Source: an uncultured bacterium (lineage in GTDB: Bacteria; Bacteroidota; Bacteroidia; Bacteroidales; Muribaculaceae). From it: a DNA stretch of 64,000 bases. This document shows, one piece after another, positions 1-10,600 of this stretch. A program made the position numbers and the translations under genes. Numbering within the stretch: the first letter of the stretch is position 1; each line of letters starts with the position of its first letter. Under the pieces are notes generated by a model. The model saw only the letters and a program-made list of their open reading frames with translations. It was not told the origin of the DNA and searched no databases. Location of the stretch: assembly GCA_905214735.1 (NCBI GenBank), contig CAJMNI010000001.1, positions 27,504-91,503 of the forward strand. Direction: 5' to 3'.

Positions 1-91
1 CCGGCATAGGCTGACGCGCCGGCGATAAGCATGGCCGCGCATATTGCTCCCATGCCCTTTATTCTGTTATGTTTGAGATTCATGATAGACG

Positions 92-1708
92 TTAGTTCTT
101 TATGATCTTACTTACTGACTTATGGCCGTCGGCAGTGATGACACTGATCACATACAGTCCCGGGGCTACTGCCGCCATGTCGATTTCAAGCTCGGCGGCT
201 CCGTTGGAGGCTACATCGGCGATAAGGGCTCCGCTTAAAGAAACCACCCGGCACGATGCAATGGCCTCTGTGCTCCTGATATAAAGGATGGTCGATACAG
301 GATTCGGCCCGACACTGATCATAAGTTCGGGACTCAAAACATCAATAACGCCTGTTGTCTGCATGAACGCCTCGGGAAGGAGGTTGGTCTGCCCCGAGAG
401 TTTCCGGAGGGCAGGATAGCTCTTGTTGTTCTCGTTTTTCCATTCCCAAACTTCTTCGAAGTCCCAGCCGGCAAGCGACTTGAAAAAATCATACTGACCC
501 AGCACATCTGATTTCTTCTGGGTTGCATGGTAACCGAAGCTGTTCTGGCTGCCTGTCAGGGGAATGGCGCTCCATGAATAGTTGTCTTGAACGACATTGC
601 GCGAGTTGCTGTTGCCACCGAACTTTGCATTATAGTCAAAGCTTGACTCGAGGGCGCTATTGATGGCGACCGACTGGCGGACGTTTCCATAATTAGCCCC
701 CACGATACCGCCCACATAATCCAGGCCTTTCACAATGCCGGTAGCATACGTGCGCTGGATTACGCCGGCATTCTTGCCTACCAGGCCTCCTACGGCGTTG
801 TCGCTGGAGCTGGTGACTTTAGTGCCGCTGTAACAGTCGGAAATCACCGCCCCCGCGTTGTCGCCAACCAGACCGCCGGCGCAAATGGAGGAGGCGGAGA
901 CGGTGCCGGAGGTATAGCAGCATCTGATGCTTCCCGACGTGGCATATCCGACAAGCACTCCTGTATAGGTCATGCCGCTGACATTGGCGTTGAGCACGCC
1001 GAGATTCTTTATCTCTCCGTTCTTTAAGCCGCCGAAGAGGCCTGTGGCTTCACCAAAAGCGCTGTTCGAGAGGTCGATATTGGAGATAGTATGACCGCCA
1101 CCGTCGAAATGTCCCCGGAAGGGAGCCCCTTTTGAGCCGATGGGAGTTTTGAGCGATGATCCGTCAATATCTGAATCAAGACGCAGATACACGTCTTCTG
1201 CCCAGTCCATGGAAGTGGATGCAAGTTCCAGAAGATCCTCGGTTGTCTTGAGGATAAATGGATTCTCCTCGGTGCCCTCTCCTCCGGAATATGCGTCGGT
1301 ACGTCCCTGTATCACCTGAATGGACAGGTCTCCGGTTTGGCCTCCCGCCGCATTCTTGGCGATGAAGCCCAGTTCGGTCAGACCCGCGAGTTCTGAGTCG
1401 GTAAGACCATAGAAGGTTTGGATATCGGCGATCTTGAAGGTGTAGGTCCCTCCGGAGCCGGTCATCTGGAATTTGGAAGTATTGACGGCATCCCAGGTCC
1501 AGGGAGATTTTTCAGTGCCGTTTATACTTTTGCACCAAGTGTAACAGTACACAGTGTTCCCGAGATCGGTGTCGCTCTGAATCTTGATTTCCAGAGCCTT
1601 GTTAGTCACCGCGGGTGATGGTGAAGACGAGATAGACTCTGCCCTGCTGACGATTGAGGGCACAGCAACCAATGACAACACCATGAGACAATGTTGAAAT
1701 GTTTTCAT
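92..1708 (-). CDS. Secreted GLUG-motif repeat protein with T9SS C-terminal sorting domain
   Basis: N-terminal signal peptide (MKTFQHCLMVLSLVAVPSIVS). Central repeats of the form GGLVG..NxGxI..CY.TG.V, which fit the GLUG motif family (IgA-protease-like). C-terminus ...GLYVISVITADGHKSVSKIIKN is typical of a T9SS CTD beta-sandwich. Confidence 0.7.
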   Translation of the reverse strand: MKTFQHCLMVLSLVAVPSIVSRAESISSSPSPAVTNKALEIKIQSDTDLGNTVYCYTWCKSINGTEKSPWTWDAVNTSKFQMTGSGGTYTFKIADIQTFYGLTDSELAGLTELGFIAKNAAGGQTGDLSIQVIQGRTDAYSGGEGTEENPFILKTTEDLLELASTSMDWAEDVYLRLDSDIDGSSLKTPIGSKGAPFRGHFDGGGHTISNIDLSNSAFGEATGLFGGLKNGEIKNLGVLNANVSGMTYTGVLVGYATSGSIRCCYTSGTVSASSICAGGLVGDNAGAVISDCYSGTKVTSSSDNAVGGLVGKNAGVIQRTYATGIVKGLDYVGGIVGANYGNVRQSVAINSALESSFDYNAKFGGNSNSRNVVQDNYSWSAIPLTGSQNSFGYHATQKKSDVLGQYDFFKSLAGWDFEEVWEWKNENNKSYPALRKLSGQTNLLPEAFMQTTGVIDVLSPELMISVGPNPVSTILYIRSTEAIASCRVVSLSGALIADVASNGAAELEIDMAAVAPGLYVISVITADGHKSVSKIIKN

Positions 1709-1857
1709 TATGTTTGTTAATAAATAAGCCTTTATATGGCGATTTTAAGGATTATGATAAAGCTAAGTTAAATGTCATTTATTGACACTATTACATTGGT
1801 ATTGCTTGCTGGAATGCAAAATTATCAAAAATATTTAAAATTTCCAAATGCAATGCA

Positions 1858-1892
1858 AATTATAGTTCCAATTATAGTTCCAATGTAGTTCC
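1858..1892. repeat. Tandem direct repeat, 3 x ~12 bp (AATTATAGTTCC, AATTATAGTTCC, AATGTAGTTCC) in an AT-rich divergent promoter region
   Basis: Read directly at 1858-1869, 1870-1881 and 1882-1892. AATGCAAA motifs flank it at 1813-1859. Confidence 0.6.
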
Positions 1893-1934
1893 CACCTATC
1901 TTAACAAAGGGCAACAATAGAGGCTAAAGCGTGA

Positions 1935-2228
1935 GTGCTAAACTTTATGCAGCGAACAATGTTATATCTTAAAGATCTTAATATAAATGCTATGGATGAT
2001 AGATTAGACACAGAAGAGCGCCGCGAACTTCCCGACAACCTCTACGGACTTCCCGAGCGCCGCGAATACCCGATGCCCGACGCCGCCCACGTGCGCGCCG
2101 CCGAGGCTTATTTCAGATACTGCCCGGAAGAGCTGAAACCGAAGCTTGCCAAGGCGATTCTCCGTTTCGCCGCCGAATATGGCGTCGACGTAGAGAGTCC
2201 CACGGTGCGAAGCTACGCGGCCGAATGA
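1935..2228 (+). CDS. Small hypothetical protein (97 aa; true start may be the internal ATG near 1992)
   Basis: ORF lies downstream of an AT-rich region. GC3-rich codon usage is consistent with coding. No family recognised. Confidence 0.35.
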   Translation: MLNFMQRTMLYLKDLNINAMDDRLDTEERRELPDNLYGLPERREYPMPDAAHVRAAEAYFRYCPEELKPKLAKAILRFAAEYGVDVESPTVRSYAAE

Positions 2229-2277
2229 CAACCCGGCAAACAAAACAGGTTAACCTTGGAAGGTTAACCTGATTCAT

Positions 2278-2745
2278 TTAGTAGTTGGCCAGTTCCTGTT
2301 CGCGACGGTGGCGGGCAAGAGCCTCGTGCTCCTCGTCGCCCCAGTTGGCGAAGGGATTGATGCTTATGCCGCCGCGGGGCATGAATTTGCCGCAGACCTC
2401 GATATAGCGCGGATCCATTAGGGCCCGCAGGTCTTTCATGATGATGTTCACGCAATCCTCGTGGAAGTCGCCATGGTTGCGGAAGGAGAAGAGATAGAGC
2501 TTCAGGCTCTTGCTCTCCACCATCTTCTCGCGCGGAATATAGTTGATATAGATATGTCCGAAATCCGGCTGGCCGGTTTTCGGACATAATGTTGTAAACT
2601 CCGGGCAGTCGAAGCGAACTATATATTCGTTCTCGGGATGCTTGTTGGCAAACGTCTCGAGGAGCGCCGGATTATAATCGTTGGGATATACGGTGCCCTG
2701 GTTTCCGAGCAGCGTCACTCCCTCAAGTTCTTTATCTGTTCTCAT
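2278..2745 (-). CDS. queF: NADPH-dependent 7-cyano-7-deazaguanine (preQ0) reductase QueF
   Basis: 155 aa. Has the QueF motif E-S-K-S-L-K-L-Y ([12 protein letters not shown]) and the Cys-containing CPKTGQPDF region. Follows queE. Confidence 0.9.
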   Translation of the reverse strand: MRTDKELEGVTLLGNQGTVYPNDYNPALLETFANKHPENEYIVRFDCPEFTTLCPKTGQPDFGHIYINYIPREKMVESKSLKLYLFSFRNHGDFHEDCVNIIMKDLRALMDPRYIEVCGKFMPRGGISINPFANWGDEEHEALARHRREQELANY

Positions 2746-2790
2746 AGTAAAAATTCGGGGAATCCGCGGCTACGCGGCTTCCGGTTGCTG

Positions 2791-3426
2791 TCAGGGGATG
2801 CCGAGGAAACGGTGGAGCTGCACGCTGAGCGTCCAGCGGGGATCGGCGAGCACGCGGCGCACGGTGCGCAGCCTGTTTTTCGCAAACTCCTCCTCGTCGG
2901 GCACATAGCAGGGCTGCAGATACATGATCGTGTCCTCCCCCTTGCATTTGAGCGAGAAATAAGGATCGAGATCCTGCCCCACGTCCACTACCTTGATCTC
3001 GTTGGCGTAAGGGATCACCACGTTGGCGAAATCGGGATTCGACGGCTCCTCGCCCGGCTTGAGTCCGCCGGGGCGGCAGATGCCGGTCTTCGGCGAGCAT
3101 GTGATCCAGTCGATGCCGTCGGGAAGCGGCACGGTGCCGTTGGTCTCGATGGCGATCTTCTTCCCTGTGGCCCTGCGGAGCAGATGGATGAAATCGGCGT
3201 CGATCGAGAGGGCGGGCTCGCCGCCGGTCATCACAATCCAGTCGGCTTTGTAGAGCTTCACGGCGTGGATTATGGCGTCATCGTCCATGAAGATCCCCTT
3301 CTCATGCTTAGTGTCGCAGAAAGGGCAGCTGAGGTTGCAGCCGCTGAAGCGGATGAACACCGAAGGATACCCCTCGTGATGCCCCTCGCCCTGAAGTGAA
3401 TAGAAAATCTCGTTAATCTTTCTCAT
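2791..3426 (-). CDS. queE: 7-carboxy-7-deazaguanine synthase QueE (radical SAM)
   Basis: CNLSCPFC (CxxxCxxC) radical-SAM cluster motif. GGEP and IETNG motifs typical of QueE. Confidence 0.9.
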   Translation of the reverse strand: MRKINEIFYSLQGEGHHEGYPSVFIRFSGCNLSCPFCDTKHEKGIFMDDDAIIHAVKLYKADWIVMTGGEPALSIDADFIHLLRRATGKKIAIETNGTVPLPDGIDWITCSPKTGICRPGGLKPGEEPSNPDFANVVIPYANEIKVVDVGQDLDPYFSLKCKGEDTIMYLQPCYVPDEEEFAKNRLRTVRRVLADPRWTLSVQLHRFLGIP

Positions 3427-3745
3427 AGGCGGCGATGTTCCCCTCGCTCTCCTGCACGGTGCAGCGGAAGCAGCAGGGCACGGAGTCCACCACCCAGCGG
3501 GCGATGTTCTCGGCGGTCGGATTGAAAGGAAGCACGTCGTTGATCACCTTATGGTCGAGCGTCTCCATAATGTCGCGCTTCACTTTCGTGAAGTCAACCA
3601 CCATCCCGTCGGCGTTGAGTTCGCGCGAGCGGCACTCCACGGTGATGATCCAGTTGTGGCCATGCAGCGTGGAGCACTTGCTCTCGTAGCTCAGCTCCAG
3701 TCTGTGGGCGGCGCTGATTTCAAGCGTTTTTCTGACGTAATACAT
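3413..3745 (-). CDS. queD: 6-carboxy-5,6,7,8-tetrahydropterin synthase QueD
   Basis: 110 aa PTPS-fold protein (LHGHNW...CCF motifs). Overlaps queE by 14 nt. Confidence 0.85.
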   Translation of the reverse strand: MYYVRKTLEISAAHRLELSYESKCSTLHGHNWIITVECRSRELNADGMVVDFTKVKRDIMETLDHKVINDVLPFNPTAENIARWVVDSVPCCFRCTVQESEGNIAAYEKD

Positions 3746-3775
3746 TCTCTGCCTCCGGCAATTGATTGGTTACGG

Positions 3776-4585
3776 TTAAGCCTTCTTCACGCGGCGCGTG
3801 GTTTTCTTCTCGGGAGCCGGAGCCGATTCCTCCTTGATGCCGGCCAGAGGGCCGTCGATCATGATGCGGCCGCAATATTCGCAGACGATCACTTTCTTGT
3901 GCATCTTGATCTCGAGCTGGCGCTGGGGCGGGATTCTGTTGAAGCAGCCGCCGCAGGCGTCGCGCTGCACGGTGACGATGCCCAGGCCGTTGCGGGCGTT
4001 CTTGCGGATGCGCTTGAAAGCGGCAAGAGTGTAGGGATCGATCAGCGGCTCGAGCTTCTTGGCGTCGGCCAGGATGCTTTCCTCCTGCTCGCGGGTTTCG
4101 GAGATGATCTCTGCGAGCTCTTTCTTCTTCTGCTCCAGGATATGGTTGCTGTCGTCGAGCTCAACGCTGTCGTGCTCGATGTCCTGAGCCTTCTCGTCGA
4201 TCTTGGCGCGGGCGTCGCGGATGTTCTTCTCGGCCAGCTCCACTTCGAGGCTCTCGAATTCCTTCTCCTTCTCGAGGAAAGCGAACTCGCGGTTGTTGCG
4301 GACATTGTTGATCTGCTCGTCATAGCGCGCGATTTTCTGGCGGCGGTCGGCGATGTCGGCAGTCTTCTTATTGATGAGATCCTTGAGGTCGGCGATTTCG
4401 TCCTTATGCTTCGATATGCGGGTTTTCAGTCGTTCGATCTCGTCTTCGCGGTCTTTCACCTCGAAGGGAAGCTCGCCGCGCAGGATTTTGATTCGGTCGA
4501 TTTCAGAAAGGAGCGTCTGAAGTTTGTAAAGGGCCTTGAGGCGGTCTTCCACCGAGCGTTCCTTGTCTAATTTCTTTTCTGCCAT
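3776..4585 (-). CDS. Zinc-ribbon coiled-coil protein (COG1579 family)
   Basis: Long coiled-coil followed by a C-terminal CGGC...CEYCGR zinc ribbon. Conserved partner of Nif3. Confidence 0.8.
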   Translation of the reverse strand: MAEKKLDKERSVEDRLKALYKLQTLLSEIDRIKILRGELPFEVKDREDEIERLKTRISKHKDEIADLKDLINKKTADIADRRQKIARYDEQINNVRNNREFAFLEKEKEFESLEVELAEKNIRDARAKIDEKAQDIEHDSVELDDSNHILEQKKKELAEIISETREQEESILADAKKLEPLIDPYTLAAFKRIRKNARNGLGIVTVQRDACGGCFNRIPPQRQLEIKMHKKVIVCEYCGRIMIDGPLAGIKEESAPAPEKKTTRRVKKA

Positions 4586-4692
4586 AATGGTTGTAATCTT
4601 TATTTTTAGTCCGGTTTGACCGGAAAGTTTTTTTTAATTCGCGGGGTCGGTATCTTTAGCGGGATAGGGATCTTTCGCGGGAGCGCAGTCCC

Positions 4693-5496
4693 TTAAATGA
4701 AACCGATCGGGTTTTTCTGCGACTCTGAGAAGTAGACCACCAACGAGGGGAATCTTTCTCTGAGCACCCGGGAGAATATGCTCGCCGAGCAGCATTCGCT
4801 TTCGTAATGCCCGATGTCGGCGAGGATGATGTCGCGGGCCCAAGTGGTGAAGTCGTGATATTTCACGTCGCCGGTGACGAAGATGTCGGCTCCGGCTTTC
4901 ACGGCGTCTTTCACGAATGATGCGCCCGAGCCTCCGCAGAGGGCCACGCGTTTCACCACGAGTTTCGGCGACTCTTCCGAATAGCGCAGGCATTTCACGC
5001 CGAATTTCTCCTTCACCTTGCGGAGGAATTCCAGAGCCGGGGTCGGCTCGGTGTCTCCCACCACTCCGAGGCCGTACATCGGCTGGCCGTCTCCGCAGTC
5101 GCCGGGGCATTCCGCCGGGTGGAGCACTCTGACGTCGGTCAGCCCCAGCTTATGGGCCATCTCGTGGCTCACGCCGTTCCAGGTGGAGTCGAGGTTGGTA
5201 TGGGCCGAATAGATCGCCACGTCGCGGCGAAGGGCCTCGATCGCCACCTGCTGCACTGTGTCGTCGCCCGTGAGGCTCTTAAGTCCGCGGAAGATCAGCG
5301 GATGGTGCGACACGATCATGTTGCAGTTGCGGCGCGTGGCCTCCTCGAGCACTTCGGGAGTGACGTCAAGGCAGAGAAGCACCGCCGTGACGTTCATGTC
5401 GCGACGCCCCACCTGCAGGCCGGCGTTGTCGTAGTCTTCCTGCAGCGGCAGCGGCGCGAACGCCTCGATGGTTTCGGCTATGTCGCGGACTTTCAT
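4693..5496 (-). CDS. Nif3-like dinuclear metal-centre protein (GTP cyclohydrolase 1 type 2 family)
   Basis: YqfO/YbgI-like sequence with the HHP and HTNLD motifs. Confidence 0.85.
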   Translation of the reverse strand: MKVRDIAETIEAFAPLPLQEDYDNAGLQVGRRDMNVTAVLLCLDVTPEVLEEATRRNCNMIVSHHPLIFRGLKSLTGDDTVQQVAIEALRRDVAIYSAHTNLDSTWNGVSHEMAHKLGLTDVRVLHPAECPGDCGDGQPMYGLGVVGDTEPTPALEFLRKVKEKFGVKCLRYSEESPKLVVKRVALCGGSGASFVKDAVKAGADIFVTGDVKYHDFTTWARDIILADIGHYESECCSASIFSRVLRERFPSLVVYFSESQKNPIGFI

Positions 5497-7251
5497 TTAG
5501 TCTTTAAGATCGATTTTGAGATTGAGCTCGTCGAGCTGCGCCTGGTCGATGGGCGACGGCGATTCGTTCATCACGTCGCGGCCCGAGTTGTTTTTCGGGA
5601 AGGCGATGACGTCGCGGATCGTGTCGAGTTCGGCGAGGATCGAGACGAAGCGGTCGAAGCCGAGGGCAAGACCTCCGTGAGGGGGCGCGCCATACTGGAA
5701 TGCGCTCATCAGGAAGCCGAACTGCTCATGGGCGCGTTCGGGAGTGAAGCCGAGGAGCTCGAACATCGTGTCCTGAAGCTTGGCGTCGTGGATACGGATC
5801 GAACCGCCGCCGAGCTCCGTGCCGTTGACCACGATATCGTAGGCCGTGGCGCGGACCTTGCCGGTGTCGCTGTGAAGCAGGGGGATATCTTCGGGATTGG
5901 GCGAGGTGAAGGGATGATGCATCGCGTAATAGCGCTGCGTCTCGTCGTCCCATTCGAAGAGTGGGAAGTCGACCACCCAGAGGGGAGCGAAGACGCTCTT
6001 GTCGCGGAGACCGAGCTGGTCGCCCATCTCGAGGCGCAGGTCGCAGAGCTGCTTGCGCACCTTCATGGCCTGTCCCGACATGACGAGAAGCAGGTCGCCC
6101 GGTTTGGCGCCCATGCGTTCGCCCCAGCTGCGGAGCGTGGCCTCGTCGTAGAATTTATTCACGCTGCTCTTGACAGAGCCGTCTTTTTCAAACTTGACCC
6201 ATACGAGTCCCTTGGCGCCTGTCTGCGGACGACGCACGAATTCCGTGAGGGCGTCGAGCTGCTTGCGGGTGTAGGATGCGGCGCCGGGCACGCAGATGCC
6301 GACCGTAAGCTCGGCCTCGTCGGCCACCGGGAAACCGTGGCCCTTGGCCAGGTCGGTGAGCTCCACGAACTCCATGCCGAAGCGGATATCGGGCTTGTCG
6401 CTGCCGTAGCGGGCCATGGCGTCGGCCCATGTGATGCGCGGGAAGGGTTCGGTGAAGTCGATGTTCTTCACATATTTGAAGATATGTTTCACTAAGCCTT
6501 CAAACATCTGGATCACATCTTCCTGCTCCACGAAGCTCATCTCGCAGTCGATCTGCGTGAACTCCGGCTGACGGTCGGCGCGGAGGTCTTCGTCGCGGAA
6601 GCACTTGGCGATCTGGAAATAGCGGTCGAATCCGGAGACCATCAGCAGCTGTTTGAAGAGCTGCGGGCTCTGGGGAAGGGCGTAGAACTCGCCCGGGTTC
6701 ATGCGCGAGGGCACCACGAAATCGCGGGCGCCTTCGGGAGTGGATTTTACTAAGATCGGGGTCTCGACCTCCAGGAAGCCCTGCGAATCGAGATAGCGGC
6801 GGATCTCGAAGGCCATGCGGTGGCGGAGTTCGAGATTCTTGCGCACGCAGGGACGGCGCAGGTCGAGATAGCGATATTTCATGCGGAGGTCGTCGCCGCC
6901 GTCGGTGTTGTCTTCAATGGTGAAGGGCGGGATTTCGCTGCGGTTCAACACTTTCAGCTCGCTTGCGATCACCTCGATGTCGCCGGTGGGCATATTGGGG
7001 TTCTTGCTGCTGCGTTCAGCCACGCGGCCCTGCACCTGCACCACAAACTCGCGGCCCAGATGATTACCGGCCTCGGCAAGGTCCTTGTCGATCTCGTTGC
7101 TGAAAACGACCTGCGTGATGCCGTAACGGTCGCGGACATCCACGAAAGTCATACCCCCCATTTTGCGCACTCTCTGCACCCAGCCGGCCAGCTTGACGCG
7201 GCTGTCCACATCGGCAAGACGAAGCTCGCCGCATGTCTTATCTCTAAACAT
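5497..7251 (-). CDS. aspS: Aspartate--tRNA ligase
   Basis: 584 aa. N-terminal OB-fold anticodon-binding region and class II aaRS core motifs ([27 protein letters not shown]). Confidence 0.95.
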   Translation of the reverse strand: MFRDKTCGELRLADVDSRVKLAGWVQRVRKMGGMTFVDVRDRYGITQVVFSNEIDKDLAEAGNHLGREFVVQVQGRVAERSSKNPNMPTGDIEVIASELKVLNRSEIPPFTIEDNTDGGDDLRMKYRYLDLRRPCVRKNLELRHRMAFEIRRYLDSQGFLEVETPILVKSTPEGARDFVVPSRMNPGEFYALPQSPQLFKQLLMVSGFDRYFQIAKCFRDEDLRADRQPEFTQIDCEMSFVEQEDVIQMFEGLVKHIFKYVKNIDFTEPFPRITWADAMARYGSDKPDIRFGMEFVELTDLAKGHGFPVADEAELTVGICVPGAASYTRKQLDALTEFVRRPQTGAKGLVWVKFEKDGSVKSSVNKFYDEATLRSWGERMGAKPGDLLLVMSGQAMKVRKQLCDLRLEMGDQLGLRDKSVFAPLWVVDFPLFEWDDETQRYYAMHHPFTSPNPEDIPLLHSDTGKVRATAYDIVVNGTELGGGSIRIHDAKLQDTMFELLGFTPERAHEQFGFLMSAFQYGAPPHGGLALGFDRFVSILAELDTIRDVIAFPKNNSGRDVMNESPSPIDQAQLDELNLKIDLKD

Positions 7252-7430
7252 AGTATATACTATATAGCTTAAGCTTAGGCACTTGCGCCGCTCGGCCGCA
7301 TAAGCCGCCCGTCGCAGGAACCGATAATTGACTTTTAACGCGCAAAGTTACCAAATTTTCCCCAAAAAAGCAAGCAAAAAAACGGCCCATGCCACGCCTT
7401 CAGCCGTTCGGTATCCTAACATCCACGCGA

Positions 7431-7453
7431 ACCTGTCGGAAATTCCGACAGGT
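7431..7453. promoter_or_regulatory. Perfect 9-bp-stem inverted repeat ACCTGTCGGaaattCCGACAGGT
   Basis: Read directly. Lies upstream of aspS and shares the core TCGGAAwTTCCGA with the palindrome at 7484-7509. Confidence 0.5.
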
Positions 7454-7483
7454 TGACACTTGCTCAAGTTCCCCATCAGAAGC

Positions 7484-7509
7484 AATTGTTCGGAATTTCC
7501 GAACAACTG
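7484..7509. promoter_or_regulatory. Near-perfect 21-bp palindrome TTGTTCGGAAtTTCCGAACAA
   Basis: Read directly. Sits about 54 bp from the first inverted repeat; candidate operator pair. Confidence 0.5.
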
Positions 7510-7534
7510 AATCGCGATGGCGCAATGAGTATTC

Positions 7535-7575
7535 AACAGAAAAAGGGAGAGCCGCGGCTCTCCCTTTTTCTGTTG
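7535..7575. terminator. Bidirectional rho-independent terminator (A5-GGGAGAGCCGCGGCTCTCCC-T5)
   Basis: Perfect 10-bp GC stem flanked by an A-run and a T-run. About 80 bp downstream of the stop of the 7652-15418 minus-strand gene. Confidence 0.8.
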
Positions 7576-7651
7576 ATCTTCGCGCCTTCCGGCGGCGAAG
7601 AGTGGGGTTCTTTTTTATGGATCGATTGGTTCTTTCTTATGGATAGAACGG

Positions 7652-10600
7652 TTATTTTTTCAGGATCGAGCGGGTCAGGAGCCGGCCGTCGTATTTCACG
7701 GTGAGCAGATAGACTCCGGCCGATGCCGACGTCATGTCGAGCGTTACGGTCTCGCCTGCCGAAACAGACGCTTCCTTGCGGTCGATGATCTGTCCGTTTG
7801 TGGAATAGATGGCAAACTCGGCTTTCGAGGCGCTGAATCCGCAGATCACGTTGGCCGTGTCGCTGACAGGATTCGGGTTGACGCGCAGGTCGCCGTTCTC
7901 GGCGTCGACGCCGTCGATGCCCGACGTCTCCTTGACTGTCACCTTGATCTTGCCGTCGGCCGAGTCGCCGGCCGCGTCGGTGGCCTTGACGGTCGCCGTT
8001 GCCTCGCCTACGCTCTTGGCCGCGAAAATCACGCCATAGTCGGTGGTGAAGGCGTCGGCCACGCCGTTGGCCGCCATCTCGAAGGCAAACGTCATCTCGT
8101 CGCCGTCGGGATCGGTAAACATCGATGCGAAGTCGATCACGCCGGAAGCCTGTCCGGGAGCTATCTCAACTACGGTCTCTGCGTTGGCCTCGGGGGCGCG
8201 GTTCACATGCTCTATGTCGTAAAGCACGCGGGCCTTGCCTGTGTAACCCTTGGCATCCGTAGCCTCGATCTCGAAGGAGTGACCCTTCGAAGCGTTGCCG
8301 AAGTCAGCGGTCAGAGCCACGTTGACTGCCACTGCGCCGGAGACATTGGCCACGGTGTAGCTTCCGTCTTCATTGGCTGTGATCTGAGCGGCAGCATCTG
8401 CTTCCGAAGCCACCACGCTTGCGATGGCCGCATAGCCGTCGGCGTCGTCAATGGCCACGGTGAAGTCCTCGCCGTCGGGTTCGGTGACGATGATATTCAC
8501 TTCGGTGGTCTCTCCCTCGCGGGCGAAGACGGTGCCGGCAGGAGCGTCAATCACCGGTTTGCCGTTGCAGTCGAGAATAACCGGGAGGTTCACTAAAGGA
8601 GCGTTCGGGTCGTTGCTCTTGATCACGAGCATCGCCTTGTTGTTCTTCTCCATGCGGGCAGTGGCGGGATTTACAGCCACCTTGATCTCGGTCGACTCGC
8701 CGGGTTCGACAGTAGCGTCGCCCTCGGGAGTGAGAAGAGTGATCCAGGGGGAGCCGGCCTCCGTCTCGAGACAGGTCAGGATCCAGCCGAGCGAACCGTA
8801 CTGGTCTTTGAAGAGCTCGCCGACGTCATACCAGCCATAATCCTCCATATAGGCCTGATAACGGCCGCTGACAACAGCCTCCTCCTTGGCCACAACGTAG
8901 CCCGGAGCGTCAACACCAGCCGGATAGGAAACCACCACGGTGAATTCCTCGTCGGGGTTGATGTAGGTGCTCTTGTCAAGGGGCACCACGAAGAACTTGC
9001 CCTCGTTGGGATTCTTCTGGCTTTCGATCAGAAGCGATGCGGTGCCGAGCACGTTCTCGCCGGCCGGGTCGGAACCCTGGATGATCTGGAAGTCTACGTT
9101 ATAGTTCTTCTCCGTCTCGATATTCACGGGGATGTAGATATGCGAGATGTTGAAGCCCCCGGCCGGAGCCTTGAAGCTTACGGCCTCCTTGAAGGTGTCG
9201 TAGGTCGAGTTCGATCCGTAGTTGTAGACCGACGAAGTGCCTGGTACAGCCGGATAGTAGAGCGAGTTGAGGAAGTCGAAGTCGGACGGAACATCGAATG
9301 CGCTTGCGGCGCGACGCTTCACGTTCAGCTTGCCCTCGGCGAGGGCCATGTCGGCCGCGCCGATTGCAGGAACTTTCTTCGCTACCTTGCTCATCGGGTC
9401 GATGCCGCCGCCACCGGTGTCGGGAGCCTCCTCGCCCACGCCTGTCGGGTCGAGACGAAGCGAATATTTCAGCGTGTATTCTCCGGCGTTGGAGATGCTG
9501 ACGCTTTCGTTGATCACGTTCTCGTTGTCGGGAGCTTTCACGATGATCTCCTCTTTGTCGAGAGCCATCGCGGGAGCGGGAGTGACAACAAACTTCACGT
9601 TGACTGTCTTCTCGAAGTCGCCCTGCTCGGTGGTGTAGGAGAATGTGACGGGCACGTCATATTCGCCGGGCGTATAGGCATACTCGTTGGGGAGCATCGG
9701 CACGGAGAATTCAAGCGGCTGGGAGCCCACTGAGAGCGGGAAGCCCGCCTGATACTGCTGCCATACATTCTTACCCGTCGGGTTGCCTTCCCAGTCATAT
9801 TCCGGACCGTTGACGAAGAGCATGAACACGGGCATTTCCATGTCGAGCCATTCGTCGTATATCGTCGGACCACCCACGCTGATCATGTCGATATTGAAGT
9901 AGGCTGTGCCTTCGTTTGCGACCTTGAAGGGTGCGTCGTACATGGCGCCCATCTGCACGAGAGGATTGCTATAGTCGGTGCTCTGGTATCCGAGCACGTT
10001 CTCCACCGTGACGTCGGCCGGCCATGCGGGCTTAGCTTCTCCGGTGAGGGTCATCGAGACGGGGATCTCGATCTTCTCCTTGCCGGGCACGTTGGTGTTG
10101 ACATTGATGGCGGTCTCGTAGACGCCGGCCATGCGGCGCGTGTCGAAGTCGAGACGGATGGTCTCGCTCTGACCCGGCTCCACAGGCGACTGAACCACAG
10201 GATAGAACGACACTGCCTGGTCGAATGTCACCATGCGCTCCGGAAGCTTCACGAAGTTCTCGCCACCCTGGTCGGCAATGCCGGCGAGTCCGAAGAGATT
10301 GAACAGCACAGCGTTCTCGTCGTTACCCTTATACTGGAACTTGAACGTGCCGTCTTTCTCGAGGATGAGCTGGAAGTCTACACCATAGTTCATCGAGTTG
10401 CCGTATTCCATGAAGGATACCACGGCGCGGTCGTCGGTGACGTAATGGAAGGTTCCGGCGGTCTTCGTCTGGTCCATCGAGTGGAGACCCCAGTAGGGGG
10501 CGATGATGTTGGTATAGACCGATCCGCCGGGGAAGTCGGCGGGAGGCTCGGGCCATATCTTGTCGTCGTTGCGCTTGGTGAACGATACGAAGCCGGTGTT

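Noticed and set aside
4611-4635. Hairpin CCGGTTTGACCGG followed by T8, resembling a rho-independent terminator
   Set aside because: It is oriented for the plus strand, where no gene exists upstream. On the minus strand, between nif3 and the zinc-ribbon gene, it has no trailing U-tract. Kept only as a possible processing or attenuation site.
4634-5110. Arg-rich ORFs (158 aa and others) overlapping nif3
   Set aside because: Alternative frames of a confidently identified Nif3 gene. Composition artefact.
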